Shown in pieces: positions 51,365 through 61,957 of a DNA stretch of 64,000 bases. This DNA is from Chitinophaga pinensis (GTDB taxonomy: Bacteria > Bacteroidota > Bacteroidia > Chitinophagales > CAMDFR01), in NCBI GenBank assembly GCA_945860705.1, contig CAMART010000003.1, positions 56,643 through 120,642 on the forward strand. The letters are read 5' to 3'. The notes below the pieces were generated by a model that was not told the DNA's origin, ran no database searches, and saw only the letters and a program-made list of their open reading frames with translations. A program made the translations under genes and the position numbers. How positions within the stretch are numbered: position 1 is the stretch's first letter; every line of letters starts with the position of its first letter.

Positions 51365-53239
51365 ATGAAAAATTATTTACTCTATTTTTTCTTATTGATA
51401 TTTATAAGTATCAATATAAATGCACAACTCAGTAAAACAATCCTACCAAATGATGCAAAATTTATTGGTTCTGCTACAAAATCTGCTACATACACTTCTA
51501 TACAATTAGGTAAAGTAGTACCTGTATCTGCTGATTTGACTTGGAGACCTTTACTTATAAATAGATGTATCACTCATCATTCAAAATTACCTGATGAGCA
51601 ACTAAAAGCTATCAAAGAAGCTAAACTCTCTTTGAAAATTAATTCCTCTTTAAAAACAGATGGTGCTGAAAACAGCAGTGCTAACAGTGCATACACACCT
51701 GTAGTTGGTAGAAATTTTGCAGGCAATACCAATACTGGAAGCACACCTCTAGATAACTCAATAGCAATATCAAATAATGATAATATAGTAAGTGTATGCA
51801 ATACTTCTATTGAATTTTATAATTCAAGTGGTACTAGAACATTTACCAATAGTATAGAAACTTTTTTTAATGATGTTTCTATATCTAATGTTTGCGACCC
51901 AGTAGTAATCTATGATGGTGGCGCAGATAAATTTATTTTCTTTGCTCAAGAATGTTCAGGAAACTCGAGTAATACTAACTTACTAGTTTGTTTTTCTGTA
52001 TCTAACGACCCAAATGCTGGGTGGTGGAGGTATAAACTGACTGGCGACCCTGCTAGTACTAATACTTGGTTTGACTACCCAAAAATGGCAGTATCAAATA
52101 ATGAATTATATATTACTGGAAATTCATTTTCAAATAGTGGTACATTTCAAGAAGCACTTCTTTATCAAATTGAAAAAAATAATGGATATACAGGTGGTAC
52201 ATTTAATTGGCAATATTGGAGAAATATAAGTGGTGCTCCTTTTACACTTCTTCCTGTATCGAGTGGACAACAAGCAAACTATGGCCCTGGAATATATTTA
52301 GTAGCTACAAGTTCAAGTGGAGATAATAGTTTCAAATTTTATGATTTGACAAATGATATGAGTGCAGCAGATGAAGCACTAAATGGATATAATATATCTA
52401 CTACAAGCTACTCTCCTGCTTCAGATGCACAACAATTAGGAACTTCTATACTACTTGATAATGGAGATTGTAGGGCTTTATCAGGATTTTATTTAAATGG
52501 ATATATTCATTTTGTATTTCACTCAGATTTAGGAAGTGGCTATAATGGTATTAACTATAATAGATTTGACTTATCAACTCAAACAAATACTTCTACTTTA
52601 TTTGGTCAAAATGGTTTTGATTATTCATACCCTGCAGTAGCATCATTTTCTTCAAGTGCTACAGACAAATCAGTGATGATAGGTTTCGGTAGATCTGGAC
52701 CATCGATTTATCCTGAAGTGAGAGTTGTAAGTTGTGATGCTGGATTTAATTGGGGACCTTCTACACTTGTAAAATCAGGTAATGGGTATTCTGCATTATT
52801 AGGTGGCAGTGTAGAAAGATGGGGTGACTATACAGGCATCAGTAGAAAACATAATGCTACCCAACCTACAGTATGGATGAATGGTATGTTTGGTACAGGT
52901 GTCAATAACTGGGATACGTGGATTGGTGAAATCACAGCTACAGGGTCTTCTGCTACAGGAGTTAATGATTTAAAAAATAATACAAACATACAAGTATCTC
53001 CTAATCCGATTTATAATGAATTTAAGACTGAGTTTGACTTAACTGAAAAATTGAATATAAGTATTCGTATTATAGATGCTCAAGGTAAAATAGTGAAAGA
53101 ACTATATAACGGTATAGCACAATCTGGTAAAAATACATTTCTATTTAATAAAGCAAATCTTGAAGCTGGTTCTTATATACTGAGTATAACATCTAATAAT
53201 CAAACAATAAAAAATGAACAAATCATTATATCTAACTAG
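51365..53239 (+). CDS. Secreted protein with T9SS type A sorting domain, probable beta-propeller
   Basis: Signal peptide; DP.V.YD, WFDYP, RWGDY motifs; C-terminal SPNP...G.Y domain; TATATTTG element at 51314-51321. Confidence 0.85.
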   Translation: MKNYLLYFFLLIFISININAQLSKTILPNDAKFIGSATKSATYTSIQLGKVVPVSADLTWRPLLINRCITHHSKLPDEQLKAIKEAKLSLKINSSLKTDGAENSSANSAYTPVVGRNFAGNTNTGSTPLDNSIAISNNDNIVSVCNTSIEFYNSSGTRTFTNSIETFFNDVSISNVCDPVVIYDGGADKFIFFAQECSGNSSNTNLLVCFSVSNDPNAGWWRYKLTGDPASTNTWFDYPKMAVSNNELYITGNSFSNSGTFQEALLYQIEKNNGYTGGTFNWQYWRNISGAPFTLLPVSSGQQANYGPGIYLVATSSSGDNSFKFYDLTNDMSAADEALNGYNISTTSYSPASDAQQLGTSILLDNGDCRALSGFYLNGYIHFVFHSDLGSGYNGINYNRFDLSTQTNTSTLFGQNGFDYSYPAVASFSSSATDKSVMIGFGRSGPSIYPEVRVVSCDAGFNWGPSTLVKSGNGYSALLGGSVERWGDYTGISRKHNATQPTVWMNGMFGTGVNNWDTWIGEITATGSSATGVNDLKNNTNIQVSPNPIYNEFKTEFDLTEKLNISIRIIDAQGKIVKELYNGIAQSGKNTFLFNKANLEAGSYILSITSNNQTIKNEQIIISN

Positions 53240-53564
53240 TTTATTAATTATTATTTGCATAACATTTAGTGCATGTAATAGAGAAAAAGTAAAAAGTAAC
53301 GAAGCTAAAACTGCCAATACTACTACAGAAGAAAAATCTAGTACTACATCTACTACTAATCAAGATGCAAAACCAATAGATGGTGCAAATACACATAGTG
53401 AGACTAAGGAAGCATCTAATAGCAACAATAATAATACTAAAGCAGTAAATACAGAAGCTAGCAAAAGTCAAAAAACAGAAATAAAGCATGGCACTGATGC
53501 CCCTGCTAAACTAGACAGTATTAAAAACGCAAAAGCAAAAGAAAAATTTAAAGATAAACCCTAA
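53214..53564 (+). CDS. Small low-complexity lipoprotein
   Basis: Lipobox FSAC; Thr/Asn/Lys-rich body. Confidence 0.72.
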   Translation: MNKSLYLTSLLIIICITFSACNREKVKSNEAKTANTTTEEKSSTTSTTNQDAKPIDGANTHSETKEASNSNNNNTKAVNTEASKSQKTEIKHGTDAPAKLDSIKNAKAKEKFKDKP

Positions 53565-53567
53565 TTC

Positions 53568-54611
53568 ATGCGATATATAAGCTTACTTACTATTATATCT
53601 ATAATTATTTTCACTACTACTAACTGCAAAAAACCTGATAATACTAGTAATCTAAATGATTTAAATAATACATTGGGTTTTGGTGTACTAAGTAAAATAA
53701 ATGGGATATGGAATGGTTCTCTTACATCTACTACTGCACTTGGTTCTTATCCAGAGTGGATTGTAGATTTTAGACCACTAAGTGAAAACCAAATTTCTGC
53801 AAAAAACGAATTGGATTCGCTTAATGATATTCATTTAAGTTTTTTTATTGCAAAATATAAAGACGAATACAGAGTATGTTTTAGAAATGGTGGTTCGTTT
53901 GCAGGGAATACTAGAGTTTCTTATTTTTTAGCAGATAGTGTTTATGAAACTAGTACCGAATCTTATTATCGTTTTTCTGAAATCATAAAAGGTAAAAATA
54001 GAGCCTACACAGAACTCATTTTTAGGAGTGATAGTTTTTATATGAAATCATATACCAATATATACAATACTCTTGCAGCACCTGCTCTACATATGTCTTG
54101 GTCTGCCAAAAAACAAGATATAACTTCTAGTCAAACAACTACAGCACTTTTCGATTTCCCAAAGAAAACGTTGACTAAAGATTTCACTTCATCATTTGAT
54201 GGTATCACAGAAGCTATATTTTACAATTCGACTACCGACCCTTATGCTGAGTCTGCTCAACCATACTTAGGTAAGACAACTATTAATTATACTTATGCAA
54301 GTGGATTTACTCCATCATCTAGCAAAAAGGTATTTCTACTTATCACTACTCAACCATTGATTTCAGGATTTAGCATCAATACTTCTAATATGAAATATCG
54401 TTCTAGATACGTGATACTTTCTGCTACTGATCAAAATTTTGATTTTAATTATATGCATCCGGGCACTTATTATATCTATGCACTCTATGATGCTGATGGC
54501 AATAATTATTTCAGTTCAGGAGACTGGACGAGTACGACCAATACTACATTTACACTAGGTGCACTTGCAACACAAACTGCTACTACTCAAATAAACTTTA
54601 CAATACCATAA
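53568..54611 (+). CDS. Putative lipoprotein of unknown function
   Basis: Signal ending TTNC-KK; C-terminal Ig-like segment PGTYYIYALYDADGN. Confidence 0.78.
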   Translation: MRYISLLTIISIIIFTTTNCKKPDNTSNLNDLNNTLGFGVLSKINGIWNGSLTSTTALGSYPEWIVDFRPLSENQISAKNELDSLNDIHLSFFIAKYKDEYRVCFRNGGSFAGNTRVSYFLADSVYETSTESYYRFSEIIKGKNRAYTELIFRSDSFYMKSYTNIYNTLAAPALHMSWSAKKQDITSSQTTTALFDFPKKTLTKDFTSSFDGITEAIFYNSTTDPYAESAQPYLGKTTINYTYASGFTPSSSKKVFLLITTQPLISGFSINTSNMKYRSRYVILSATDQNFDFNYMHPGTYYIYALYDADGNNYFSSGDWTSTTNTTFTLGALATQTATTQINFTIP

Positions 54612-55052
54612 ATGAAAAAACATATATTAATTTGTGCATTGTTTTTAATAAGTCTATACCTATTAAACTCATGTTGTACAAAAGTTGGATGTTTAGGTGT
54701 TGATGATATTCGAACTATTAAATTATACAATTTCAATAGCACCGATTTTGATACTATTTATTTATTAAAATATGATATTGGAAATAATTTTACAAATAAA
54801 TTAGATAGTAATATTTATAATATCTACAATATCGAAAATAGGAATAATGAATATAATGAGTTAATGTTAAATCTATTTATTAATAAAGATTTTGAATACA
54901 AATTAGTATTTAAGAGTATAAACCAAGAATACAAAATCAAAAACATTACTTCAGAAAAGAATAAATGTAATTGTGACTATTTTGATGCTTTAAAATCATA
55001 TATTGTAAACGATTCGCTTATTGAGGATTCTTATTTATCCATCTATCGCTAG
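54612..55052 (+). CDS. Putative lipoprotein of unknown function
   Basis: Signal ending LNSC-C; Cys cluster at the N-terminus and CNC near the C-terminus. Confidence 0.7.
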   Translation: MKKHILICALFLISLYLLNSCCTKVGCLGVDDIRTIKLYNFNSTDFDTIYLLKYDIGNNFTNKLDSNIYNIYNIENRNNEYNELMLNLFINKDFEYKLVFKSINQEYKIKNITSEKNKCNCDYFDALKSYIVNDSLIEDSYLSIYR

Positions 55053-57472
55053 AAAGCTTCCATACCTCCACCTCCATTCATGTTTTCATCCATACCTCCA
55101 CCGCGTTTTTTTGTAGATGATTTATTATCATTATTACCAAATCTGTATGTAAGTCCTACATAGAAATTTCTTGTATCTCTTTTTCTGATGGCATTGCTTT
55201 CAAAATTAAATCCAGATGCTTCTACGGCAAACTGACGGGTATTAAATATATCACTTACTCTAAGATTTACTATCAATTTCCCTTTCAGTGCAAAAAACTT
55301 CATGCCTACTTCAGCACCATGCATAGATCTCATACGTCCTTGTGGGAATTGATTGGGTCCTCTATAATTATACATAGCTTGTATATTCCAAAATTTCATG
55401 ATAGTCCAGTTGCTTATGAAATTGAAACCATACATGATATTTTGTCTATTTTTCAAATCTCTAAATCTAGAATCAACCAATGTTTGTCCACCACCATTTA
55501 CATCCAGACTTAATGTCCACCATTTGTAAGGATTATATCTACCGCTCAATTCTACTCCATAGTTGTGTGCTGTACCTATATTACCAGATATGATTCTACC
55601 AAATCCTTCATTATCTACTTTTCTAACGAACGTAATCATATCATATTGTAATCGATAATAAACAGTACTTGAGAAGGTATATTTTTGGTTATTTTTATCA
55701 AAACCTAACTCAAAAGAATGGGTTGTTTCTGGTTGTAAAGCAGGATTTCCACTACGAACATTTCTAGGGTCGCTATAGTCGCCAAATGGATTTAGCTGAT
55801 TGATACCAGGTCTCTGTAGTCTTCTACTATAGGTAAATCGCATACTTCTATCTTTACCCAAATCTACATTCATATGTAAACTAGGAAATAATTTAAAATA
55901 ATTATTTTTAAAAACTTCATTTGTATTAATCAATTTACCAAGTGTACGAGTGTCTTCTGCTCTCAATCCAATTTTGTAGGAGAGCTTTTCATAACTAGAA
56001 TTGAAAGTGACATACGCTGCATTGATATGATCTCTATAAACAAATTGATTGGTTCTATTCGTATCAGTATAATAATCAGAAATACTACTATTATTTTTTA
56101 AAGAATAATCTAATAATCTGTCTGTTTCATTATATCTGTAGCTATATCCTATTTCCATAAATGATTTTGGATTAAATGGATGTACGTAATTAATTAGTGC
56201 ATTAGCATTTTGAAGTTTTACATCAGTAATTACACTATCATAGACTATATTATTATCTACAATTATTTTATTTAAATAAGATTCAGAAGCTGTAAGTAAA
56301 TTATATTCTTTTCCATTTTGATAATATACATCTATAGTGAATTCTTTCTTTGGGGTTTTATACAAACGTCTATAAGAAATAGTCCCATCTACATATCTAT
56401 TTTTGGTATGTGTGATGGCTTCTCTACTACTCGTATAGTCAATAGCGGAGTCTTGATTGTAAAAATATCTATCTACTTTATTATACTCATTATTTCTATT
56501 GATGCTATAGTTACTTACAAATGACAAGGTGTTTTTATCGTTTAGAAAAAAATCAATACCTACCTTAGGTGCAATATTAAGTGGTTTATTAAGTCCTCTA
56601 GATTTAAAATGCTGATAAAAAGTAGTGTCTATTGCCGTATTAGTACTATTAAAGATACCTCGTGTATATGCGTAGTTGTGCTGAAATCCTAAATTGGTAG
56701 TTAAATTAAATATCTTGTTTTTATAGTTGAGAGAAGCACCTGCGGTATATTTATTTCTTGTACCCACTGTAGCAGTAATATTACCACTAATGCCCTGTTT
56801 TGCATTTTTTTTAAGTACAATATTGATGATTCCCCCTGTACCTTCTGCATCATATTTTGCAGATGGATTACCTATTATTTCTATACTTTCAATCATACTT
56901 GCAGGTATTTGGTCTAGCACGGTATTTATATTCCCTCCTCTACTACCTATGGGTTTTCCATCTATTTGTATATTTAGATTTGATGAACCTCGCATCTCAA
57001 CTTTCTCATCGGAGTTGAGACTTACACCAGGTAATGTTTGTAAAATATCTACCGCTGTACCTCCTGTACTTACAGTATTTTTATCAATATTTATTATTCT
57101 TTTATCTAGTGTATTTTGCACATATGATTTTTCACTAGTCACATTTACTTCACCCAATACTTTATCATTTGATTTTAGTAAAATAGAAGGCAATTCTATA
57201 GTTTCTTTCACATAAAGTTTTTTTGCAAAAGGTATGTAGCCTGCTTGTTTTATATCTACTATTACAAGCATTTTTTCTTTAAAAGTATAACTAAACTTTC
57301 CATCCACATCTGTTTGTACTGCAGCAATCATTTTGCTGCTATCTTTGAAAACTATGGTACAAAATTCAATAGGTTTATTAGTACCAGCATCTTTTACAGA
57401 GCCTGTTATTGTATATTGTGAAAAGAGAGAATTAGTAAAAATTATGAGGACAAATAACAAAAGATTTTTCAT
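55049..57472 (-). CDS. TonB-dependent receptor-like outer-membrane beta-barrel protein
   Basis: Carboxypeptidase-regulatory-like N-domain, plug LPGV...NPSAKYDAEG.GGIINIV, GNPALQPE, barrel strands; TAACTTTG at 57477-57484. Confidence 0.9.
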   Translation of the reverse strand: MKNLLLFVLIIFTNSLFSQYTITGSVKDAGTNKPIEFCTIVFKDSSKMIAAVQTDVDGKFSYTFKEKMLVIVDIKQAGYIPFAKKLYVKETIELPSILLKSNDKVLGEVNVTSEKSYVQNTLDKRIINIDKNTVSTGGTAVDILQTLPGVSLNSDEKVEMRGSSNLNIQIDGKPIGSRGGNINTVLDQIPASMIESIEIIGNPSAKYDAEGTGGIINIVLKKNAKQGISGNITATVGTRNKYTAGASLNYKNKIFNLTTNLGFQHNYAYTRGIFNSTNTAIDTTFYQHFKSRGLNKPLNIAPKVGIDFFLNDKNTLSFVSNYSINRNNEYNKVDRYFYNQDSAIDYTSSREAITHTKNRYVDGTISYRRLYKTPKKEFTIDVYYQNGKEYNLLTASESYLNKIIVDNNIVYDSVITDVKLQNANALINYVHPFNPKSFMEIGYSYRYNETDRLLDYSLKNNSSISDYYTDTNRTNQFVYRDHINAAYVTFNSSYEKLSYKIGLRAEDTRTLGKLINTNEVFKNNYFKLFPSLHMNVDLGKDRSMRFTYSRRLQRPGINQLNPFGDYSDPRNVRSGNPALQPETTHSFELGFDKNNQKYTFSSTVYYRLQYDMITFVRKVDNEGFGRIISGNIGTAHNYGVELSGRYNPYKWWTLSLDVNGGGQTLVDSRFRDLKNRQNIMYGFNFISNWTIMKFWNIQAMYNYRGPNQFPQGRMRSMHGAEVGMKFFALKGKLIVNLRVSDIFNTRQFAVEASGFNFESNAIRKRDTRNFYVGLTYRFGNNDNKSSTKKRGGGMDENMNGGGGMEAF

Positions 57473-57513
57473 AGTGCAAAGTTACGCATATAAAAAAATC
57501 TTATATTATATAA

Positions 57514-58515
57514 TTATGAATTTTCTTTATTTGCTTTAGCTTCTTTAAGTATAGCTTCTTGGTCGCCCCAATTGTCATAAGCTCTAATGATTTTTTTCAC
57601 CAATTTATGACGTACTACGTCTTTTTCACTAAGATTGATAATACCTATTCCATTGATATTTTCAAGTATTTTCAAACCTACTCCTAGTCCACTTCGCTGA
57701 TTTCTCGGCAAATCTATTTGTGTCATATCTCCCGTCACTATTGCTTTAGCAGATGGTCCTATCCTCGTCAAAAACATTTTAAGTTGCGGTACAGTAGTAT
57801 TTTGTGCTTCATCTAAAATAATAAACGCATTATCAAGCGTACGACCACGCATAAAAGCAAGAGGTGCTATTTCTATGATTCTATTTGTAATCATATAATT
57901 GAGCTTTTCTGGATGTATCATATCATCAAGCGCATCATACAATGGTCTTAAATATGGGTCTATTTTTTCTTTTAAATCTCCTGGCAAAAATCCTAAGTTC
58001 TCACCAGCCTCTACAGCTGGTCTTGTGAGTATGATTCTTTTTACTTGTCTTTCTTTCAATGCTTTTACAGCTAATGCTACAGCAGTATAAGTTTTACCAG
58101 TACCTGCTGGCCCTATAGCAAAAAGTATGTCATTCTTTTGTGCTGCTAGTACTAGTTTTCGTTGGTTAGGTGTTTTTGCTCGCACTACATGACCACCATG
58201 ACCATGCACAATTATCTCACCTTTAGTATCTGCTGGAGTTTCTATTGCTTTTTTTTCTATATCACCTCCTGTTACTATTTCCTCAAAATCTTGATAGGAA
58301 ATGTATTTAGCTCTCTCGAGTTTATCTACTACTTGAGATACTTTTTGTTTAAATTTTATTATATTTTTCTCGTCACCATTGACTTTCACACTCTGTCCTC
58401 TTGCACTTATTTTCAAGCTTGGAAAAGCATTTTTCAATATATTAAACTTATCATTATTGACTCCAAAGAACTCAATTGGATCAATAGTTTCTAAATGCAT
58501 AGTTAATTCACTCAA
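57514..58515 (-). CDS. PhoH-family ATPase
   Basis: GPAGTGKT, RPAVEAGE.LGFLPG, MRGRT, DEAQN, GD.TQIDL, VVRH. Confidence 0.95.
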   Translation of the reverse strand: MSELTMHLETIDPIEFFGVNNDKFNILKNAFPSLKISARGQSVKVNGDEKNIIKFKQKVSQVVDKLERAKYISYQDFEEIVTGGDIEKKAIETPADTKGEIIVHGHGGHVVRAKTPNQRKLVLAAQKNDILFAIGPAGTGKTYTAVALAVKALKERQVKRIILTRPAVEAGENLGFLPGDLKEKIDPYLRPLYDALDDMIHPEKLNYMITNRIIEIAPLAFMRGRTLDNAFIILDEAQNTTVPQLKMFLTRIGPSAKAIVTGDMTQIDLPRNQRSGLGVGLKILENINGIGIINLSEKDVVRHKLVKKIIRAYDNWGDQEAILKEAKANKENS

Positions 58516-58558
58516 TTCTTACTAATTTTGAGCGAAAATAAGTAATTTTATTTACTCA

Positions 58559-59317
58559 ATGTCTATAATTACATTAACATCTGATTTTGGTTGGCGAGAC
58601 CACTACCTTTCTTCACTGAAAGGAAAGCTACTTTGTCAAATACCAAATACTACAATTATAGATATTTCTCATGAAGTAATGCCCCAAAATGTTATTGATG
58701 CATCATTTATATTCAAAAACGCATATGCTAATTTCCCTGAACAGACTATACACATTGTAGCTGTAGACCTAGCAGGCACAAGTAATATCAAGTTGCTATA
58801 CTGTCATCATGAAAACATGCATTTCATCATTCCAGACAATGGTATTATCTCGTTAGTATTTGAAGAACTGCCTAAAAATATAATAGAAATAGACTTACTT
58901 GGATTTCCACTCTATATTTCTTACAAAGAAATCTTTGCGTATCTGTGCGAAAAAATTTCGAATCACGAACCAATAGAAGGCAAACTTGTGCAGAGCATCA
59001 AATCATTTACTATGTTACGTCCTATGACCTATCCAGATATGATCAAAGGTTCTGTGATTTATATCGATCATTTTGATAATGCTATAACGAATATCAAAAA
59101 AAATGAATTTGACGCAATAAGAAAAGAACGAAGCTATGAAATACAGTTTAGCAAAAATATTTTGCAACTAAGTGAAACTTATTCCAATGTTCCAGAAGGA
59201 GAAAAACTTTGTCTGTTTAACAGTATTGGTTTACTTGAAATAGCTATTAATAAAGGTAATGCTTCTAGTCTTCTCAACCTAAAAGGAGGTAGTACTATAC
59301 AAATATTTTTCAAATAA
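58559..59317 (+). CDS. SAM hydroxide adenosyltransferase / chlorinase-fluorinase family (DUF62)
   Basis: ITLTSDFG, DISH, PDNG, IDHFDN..TN, LEIAINKG. Confidence 0.88.
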   Translation: MSIITLTSDFGWRDHYLSSLKGKLLCQIPNTTIIDISHEVMPQNVIDASFIFKNAYANFPEQTIHIVAVDLAGTSNIKLLYCHHENMHFIIPDNGIISLVFEELPKNIIEIDLLGFPLYISYKEIFAYLCEKISNHEPIEGKLVQSIKSFTMLRPMTYPDMIKGSVIYIDHFDNAITNIKKNEFDAIRKERSYEIQFSKNILQLSETYSNVPEGEKLCLFNSIGLLEIAINKGNASSLLNLKGGSTIQIFFK

Positions 59318-59324
59318 TAATCCT

Positions 59325-59618
59325 ATGATTACACGTATCGTAAAACTTCATATAGATGAAAATAAAGTAGCTGATTTTATAGCAATATATGAATCAAGTA
59401 AATCATTTATTCAAAACTCTAGTGGAAATATTTCAGTGAAGTTAGTAAAAGATATACATCAAGAAAATATTTTATTTACTATAAGTGAATGGAATTGTGA
59501 AGAAGATTTAAATAACTATAGAAATACAGAATTTTTTGCAAAAGTATGGTCACAAGTAAAAACGCTACTCATCAGTAAAACAGATGCATGGAGCTTAGAA
59601 GAAATAATTAATCATTAA
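59325..59618 (+). CDS. ABM-family (antibiotic biosynthesis monooxygenase-like) protein
   Basis: MITRIVKL, FTISEW...L..YR. Confidence 0.82.
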   Translation: MITRIVKLHIDENKVADFIAIYESSKSFIQNSSGNISVKLVKDIHQENILFTISEWNCEEDLNNYRNTEFFAKVWSQVKTLLISKTDAWSLEEIINH

Positions 59619-59619
59619 A

Positions 59620-60654
59620 ATGACCATGCAACTTCATCTAAATATAAAGTTTGACATTAATGAATTAAAATTATTTATAGAACAAAATAATTTTGATAAA
59701 ATATTTATTCTTACAGATGAAAATACATCTTTACATTGTTTACCTATTATCAAAAATTTCATAACTGAATTCTATGAAATAAAAATAAAAAGTGGTGAAG
59801 CAAATAAAAATTTAGATACATGTAAATATATTTGGGAAGAATTATTCAAGCAAAACGCATCTCGACAAAGTTTACTTATCAATCTTGGTGGTGGCGTAAT
59901 CACTGACATGGGTGCATTTATAGCTTCTGTTTTTAAACGTGGTATTTCATGTATCAATATCCCTACATCTTTACTTTCTATGGTAGATGCAAGTGTAGGT
60001 GCGAAAACTGGAATAGATTTTTTTGGAATTAAAAATAGTTTAGGAACTTTTTACGAAGCAAAAATGACTATTATTGATAGTAGTTTTTTAGATACCTTAC
60101 CTAAAAGACACATCCAATCTGGATTTGTAGAAATGCTCAAACATGGTATTATAGCTGATTTATTTTATTTCAAACAACTACTTCAAATAAGTTTTGATGA
60201 ACAGAACGATTGGAATAGATACATAAAAAAATCTATAGAAATAAAATCGAAAATCGTACTCGAAGACCCAGCTGAAAAAGGAATCAGAAAAATATTAAAT
60301 TTTGGTCATAGTGTTGGACATGCTTTAGAATCTTATTTTTTAAATACTGATAAAACATTATATCATGGAGAGGCTATACTTTATGGAATGAAAGTAGCTA
60401 TGCATTTATCTATTATAAAAAATAATGCTGATAAAAATATATTAGCTGAATTAGAAATATTTTCAGAAAAAACAAACCTTGCAAAAAAACTTGCATTTGA
60501 TAAAAATGAAATTATTCAGTTACTCACTCAAGATAAAAAAAATAACAATGATGAATTTTTATTTGTTTTAATCAATGAAGACAATCAAGCTGAATATGAC
60601 CGTAGATGCACCAAAGAAGAAATATTAAACGCTTTAAACACAATACATGCCTAG
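59620..60654 (+). CDS. aroB: 3-dehydroquinate synthase
   Basis: GEANK, GGGVITD, PTSLLSMVDASVG.KT, LNFGH..GH, HGEA. Confidence 0.94.
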   Translation: MTMQLHLNIKFDINELKLFIEQNNFDKIFILTDENTSLHCLPIIKNFITEFYEIKIKSGEANKNLDTCKYIWEELFKQNASRQSLLINLGGGVITDMGAFIASVFKRGISCINIPTSLLSMVDASVGAKTGIDFFGIKNSLGTFYEAKMTIIDSSFLDTLPKRHIQSGFVEMLKHGIIADLFYFKQLLQISFDEQNDWNRYIKKSIEIKSKIVLEDPAEKGIRKILNFGHSVGHALESYFLNTDKTLYHGEAILYGMKVAMHLSIIKNNADKNILAELEIFSEKTNLAKKLAFDKNEIIQLLTQDKKNNNDEFLFVLINEDNQAEYDRRCTKEEILNALNTIHA

Positions 60655-61870
60655 AATACTTTTACAAAAAAAACAAGATATAAAAGAATGTATCATCAAT
60701 TTGCCTAGTTCAAAAAGTATTGCAAATAGAGTTTTATTGATTCAAAAACTATGTAAAGAATCTTTCAAAATCAAAAATCTTTCTACAGCAAATGATACCG
60801 ATATTTTCAGAGAAGCACTTGCATTAAATTCTGAATGTATAGATATACAAGATGCAGGGACAGCTTGTAGATTTATGGTAGCTTATCTTAGTTTGCAAAA
60901 AGGCAAGTACCAACTTACAGGTACTGAACGTATGCAACAAAGACCTATTAAGCCATTAGTGGATGCATTGAATAGCTTAGGTGCAAATATCCAATATCTA
61001 AATCAAGAAGGTTTTTTACCATTAGTCTTTAACAATAGTCAAATAAATGGAGGAGAAGTTTCAATAGATGCTTCAACTAGTAGTCAATATATTTCCGCAT
61101 TATTGATGATTGCACCTGTATTGGAAGGTGGATTGACAATCAGATTTAAAGAAATTGTGTCTAGAGATTATATTGAAATGACACTCGAAATCATGAAACA
61201 TTTTGGCATATCATTTCATGCAAGTGATGATAAAATACACATACCTCAACAAGAATATAAAGCTCAAAATATAAGTATAGAAAGCGATTGGAGTAGTGCA
61301 TCTTATATTTTTAGTATCAGCGCATTAATACCCAACTCTAGAATACAAATGAATAATCTCACCGTATATTCTTTGCAAGGTGATAGTGTATGTAGTTATA
61401 TTTCTTCTCTTTTAGGTGCTGAAACACATCTATTAGGCGATAATATAGCTGTGCGAAATGAACCAAATGATAGTACATTTTTTGAATATGATTTTAAAAA
61501 CTGTCCTGACTTAGTGATGACATTTGCAGTGCTCTGTGCTCTCAAAAATATAAAAGCAAGATTTTATAATATAGATCATTTAGCGCATAAAGAATCAAAC
61601 AGATTACTTTCATTAGAAATGGAATTAGCAAAAATAAATTGCAGTTTTACTAAAAGTGATAATGCATGGATACTCATTCCATCTGATTTTGATAAATCTA
61701 AAACAATTGAAATAAACACACACAATGATCATAGAATAGCTATGGCATTTGCACCACTAGCACTTGTTAGCAATGGAGTGATATTTGATGATGATACTGT
61801 AGTGAAAAAATCATTTCCAAATTTCTGGAATGAAATAGAAAAATGTGGATTGATGAGCTCAGTCGTATAG
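60647..61870 (+). CDS. aroA: 3-phosphoshikimate 1-carboxyvinyltransferase
   Basis: SKSIANR, AGTACR, RP, SSQYISAL, KESNR, DHRIAM, KSFP.FW. Confidence 0.95.
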   Translation: MPRILLQKKQDIKECIINLPSSKSIANRVLLIQKLCKESFKIKNLSTANDTDIFREALALNSECIDIQDAGTACRFMVAYLSLQKGKYQLTGTERMQQRPIKPLVDALNSLGANIQYLNQEGFLPLVFNNSQINGGEVSIDASTSSQYISALLMIAPVLEGGLTIRFKEIVSRDYIEMTLEIMKHFGISFHASDDKIHIPQQEYKAQNISIESDWSSASYIFSISALIPNSRIQMNNLTVYSLQGDSVCSYISSLLGAETHLLGDNIAVRNEPNDSTFFEYDFKNCPDLVMTFAVLCALKNIKARFYNIDHLAHKESNRLLSLEMELAKINCSFTKSDNAWILIPSDFDKSKTIEINTHNDHRIAMAFAPLALVSNGVIFDDDTVVKKSFPNFWNEIEKCGLMSSVV

Positions 61871-61874
61871 TATA

Positions 61875-61926
61875 TTGTCATACTTTTCCTTTCTTTGTCA
61901 TGTTTTATGCATGGCATTATTCTTGA
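61875..61926 (+). promoter_or_regulatory. Two TTGTCAT boxes plus sigma54-like TGGCA..TTG (GG-N10-GA) upstream of the rhomboid gene
   Basis: ttgtcat at 61875 and 61895; tggcattattcttga at 61912-61926. Confidence 0.5.
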
Positions 61927-61957
61927 AACAATTTTGATAGATTATTATTATACATAT

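Noticed and set aside
58559-59618. Halogenase or antibiotic biosynthesis cluster
   Set aside because: DUF62 and ABM genes beside phoH and aroB/aroA are a housekeeping context; no PKS, NRPS or tailoring genes
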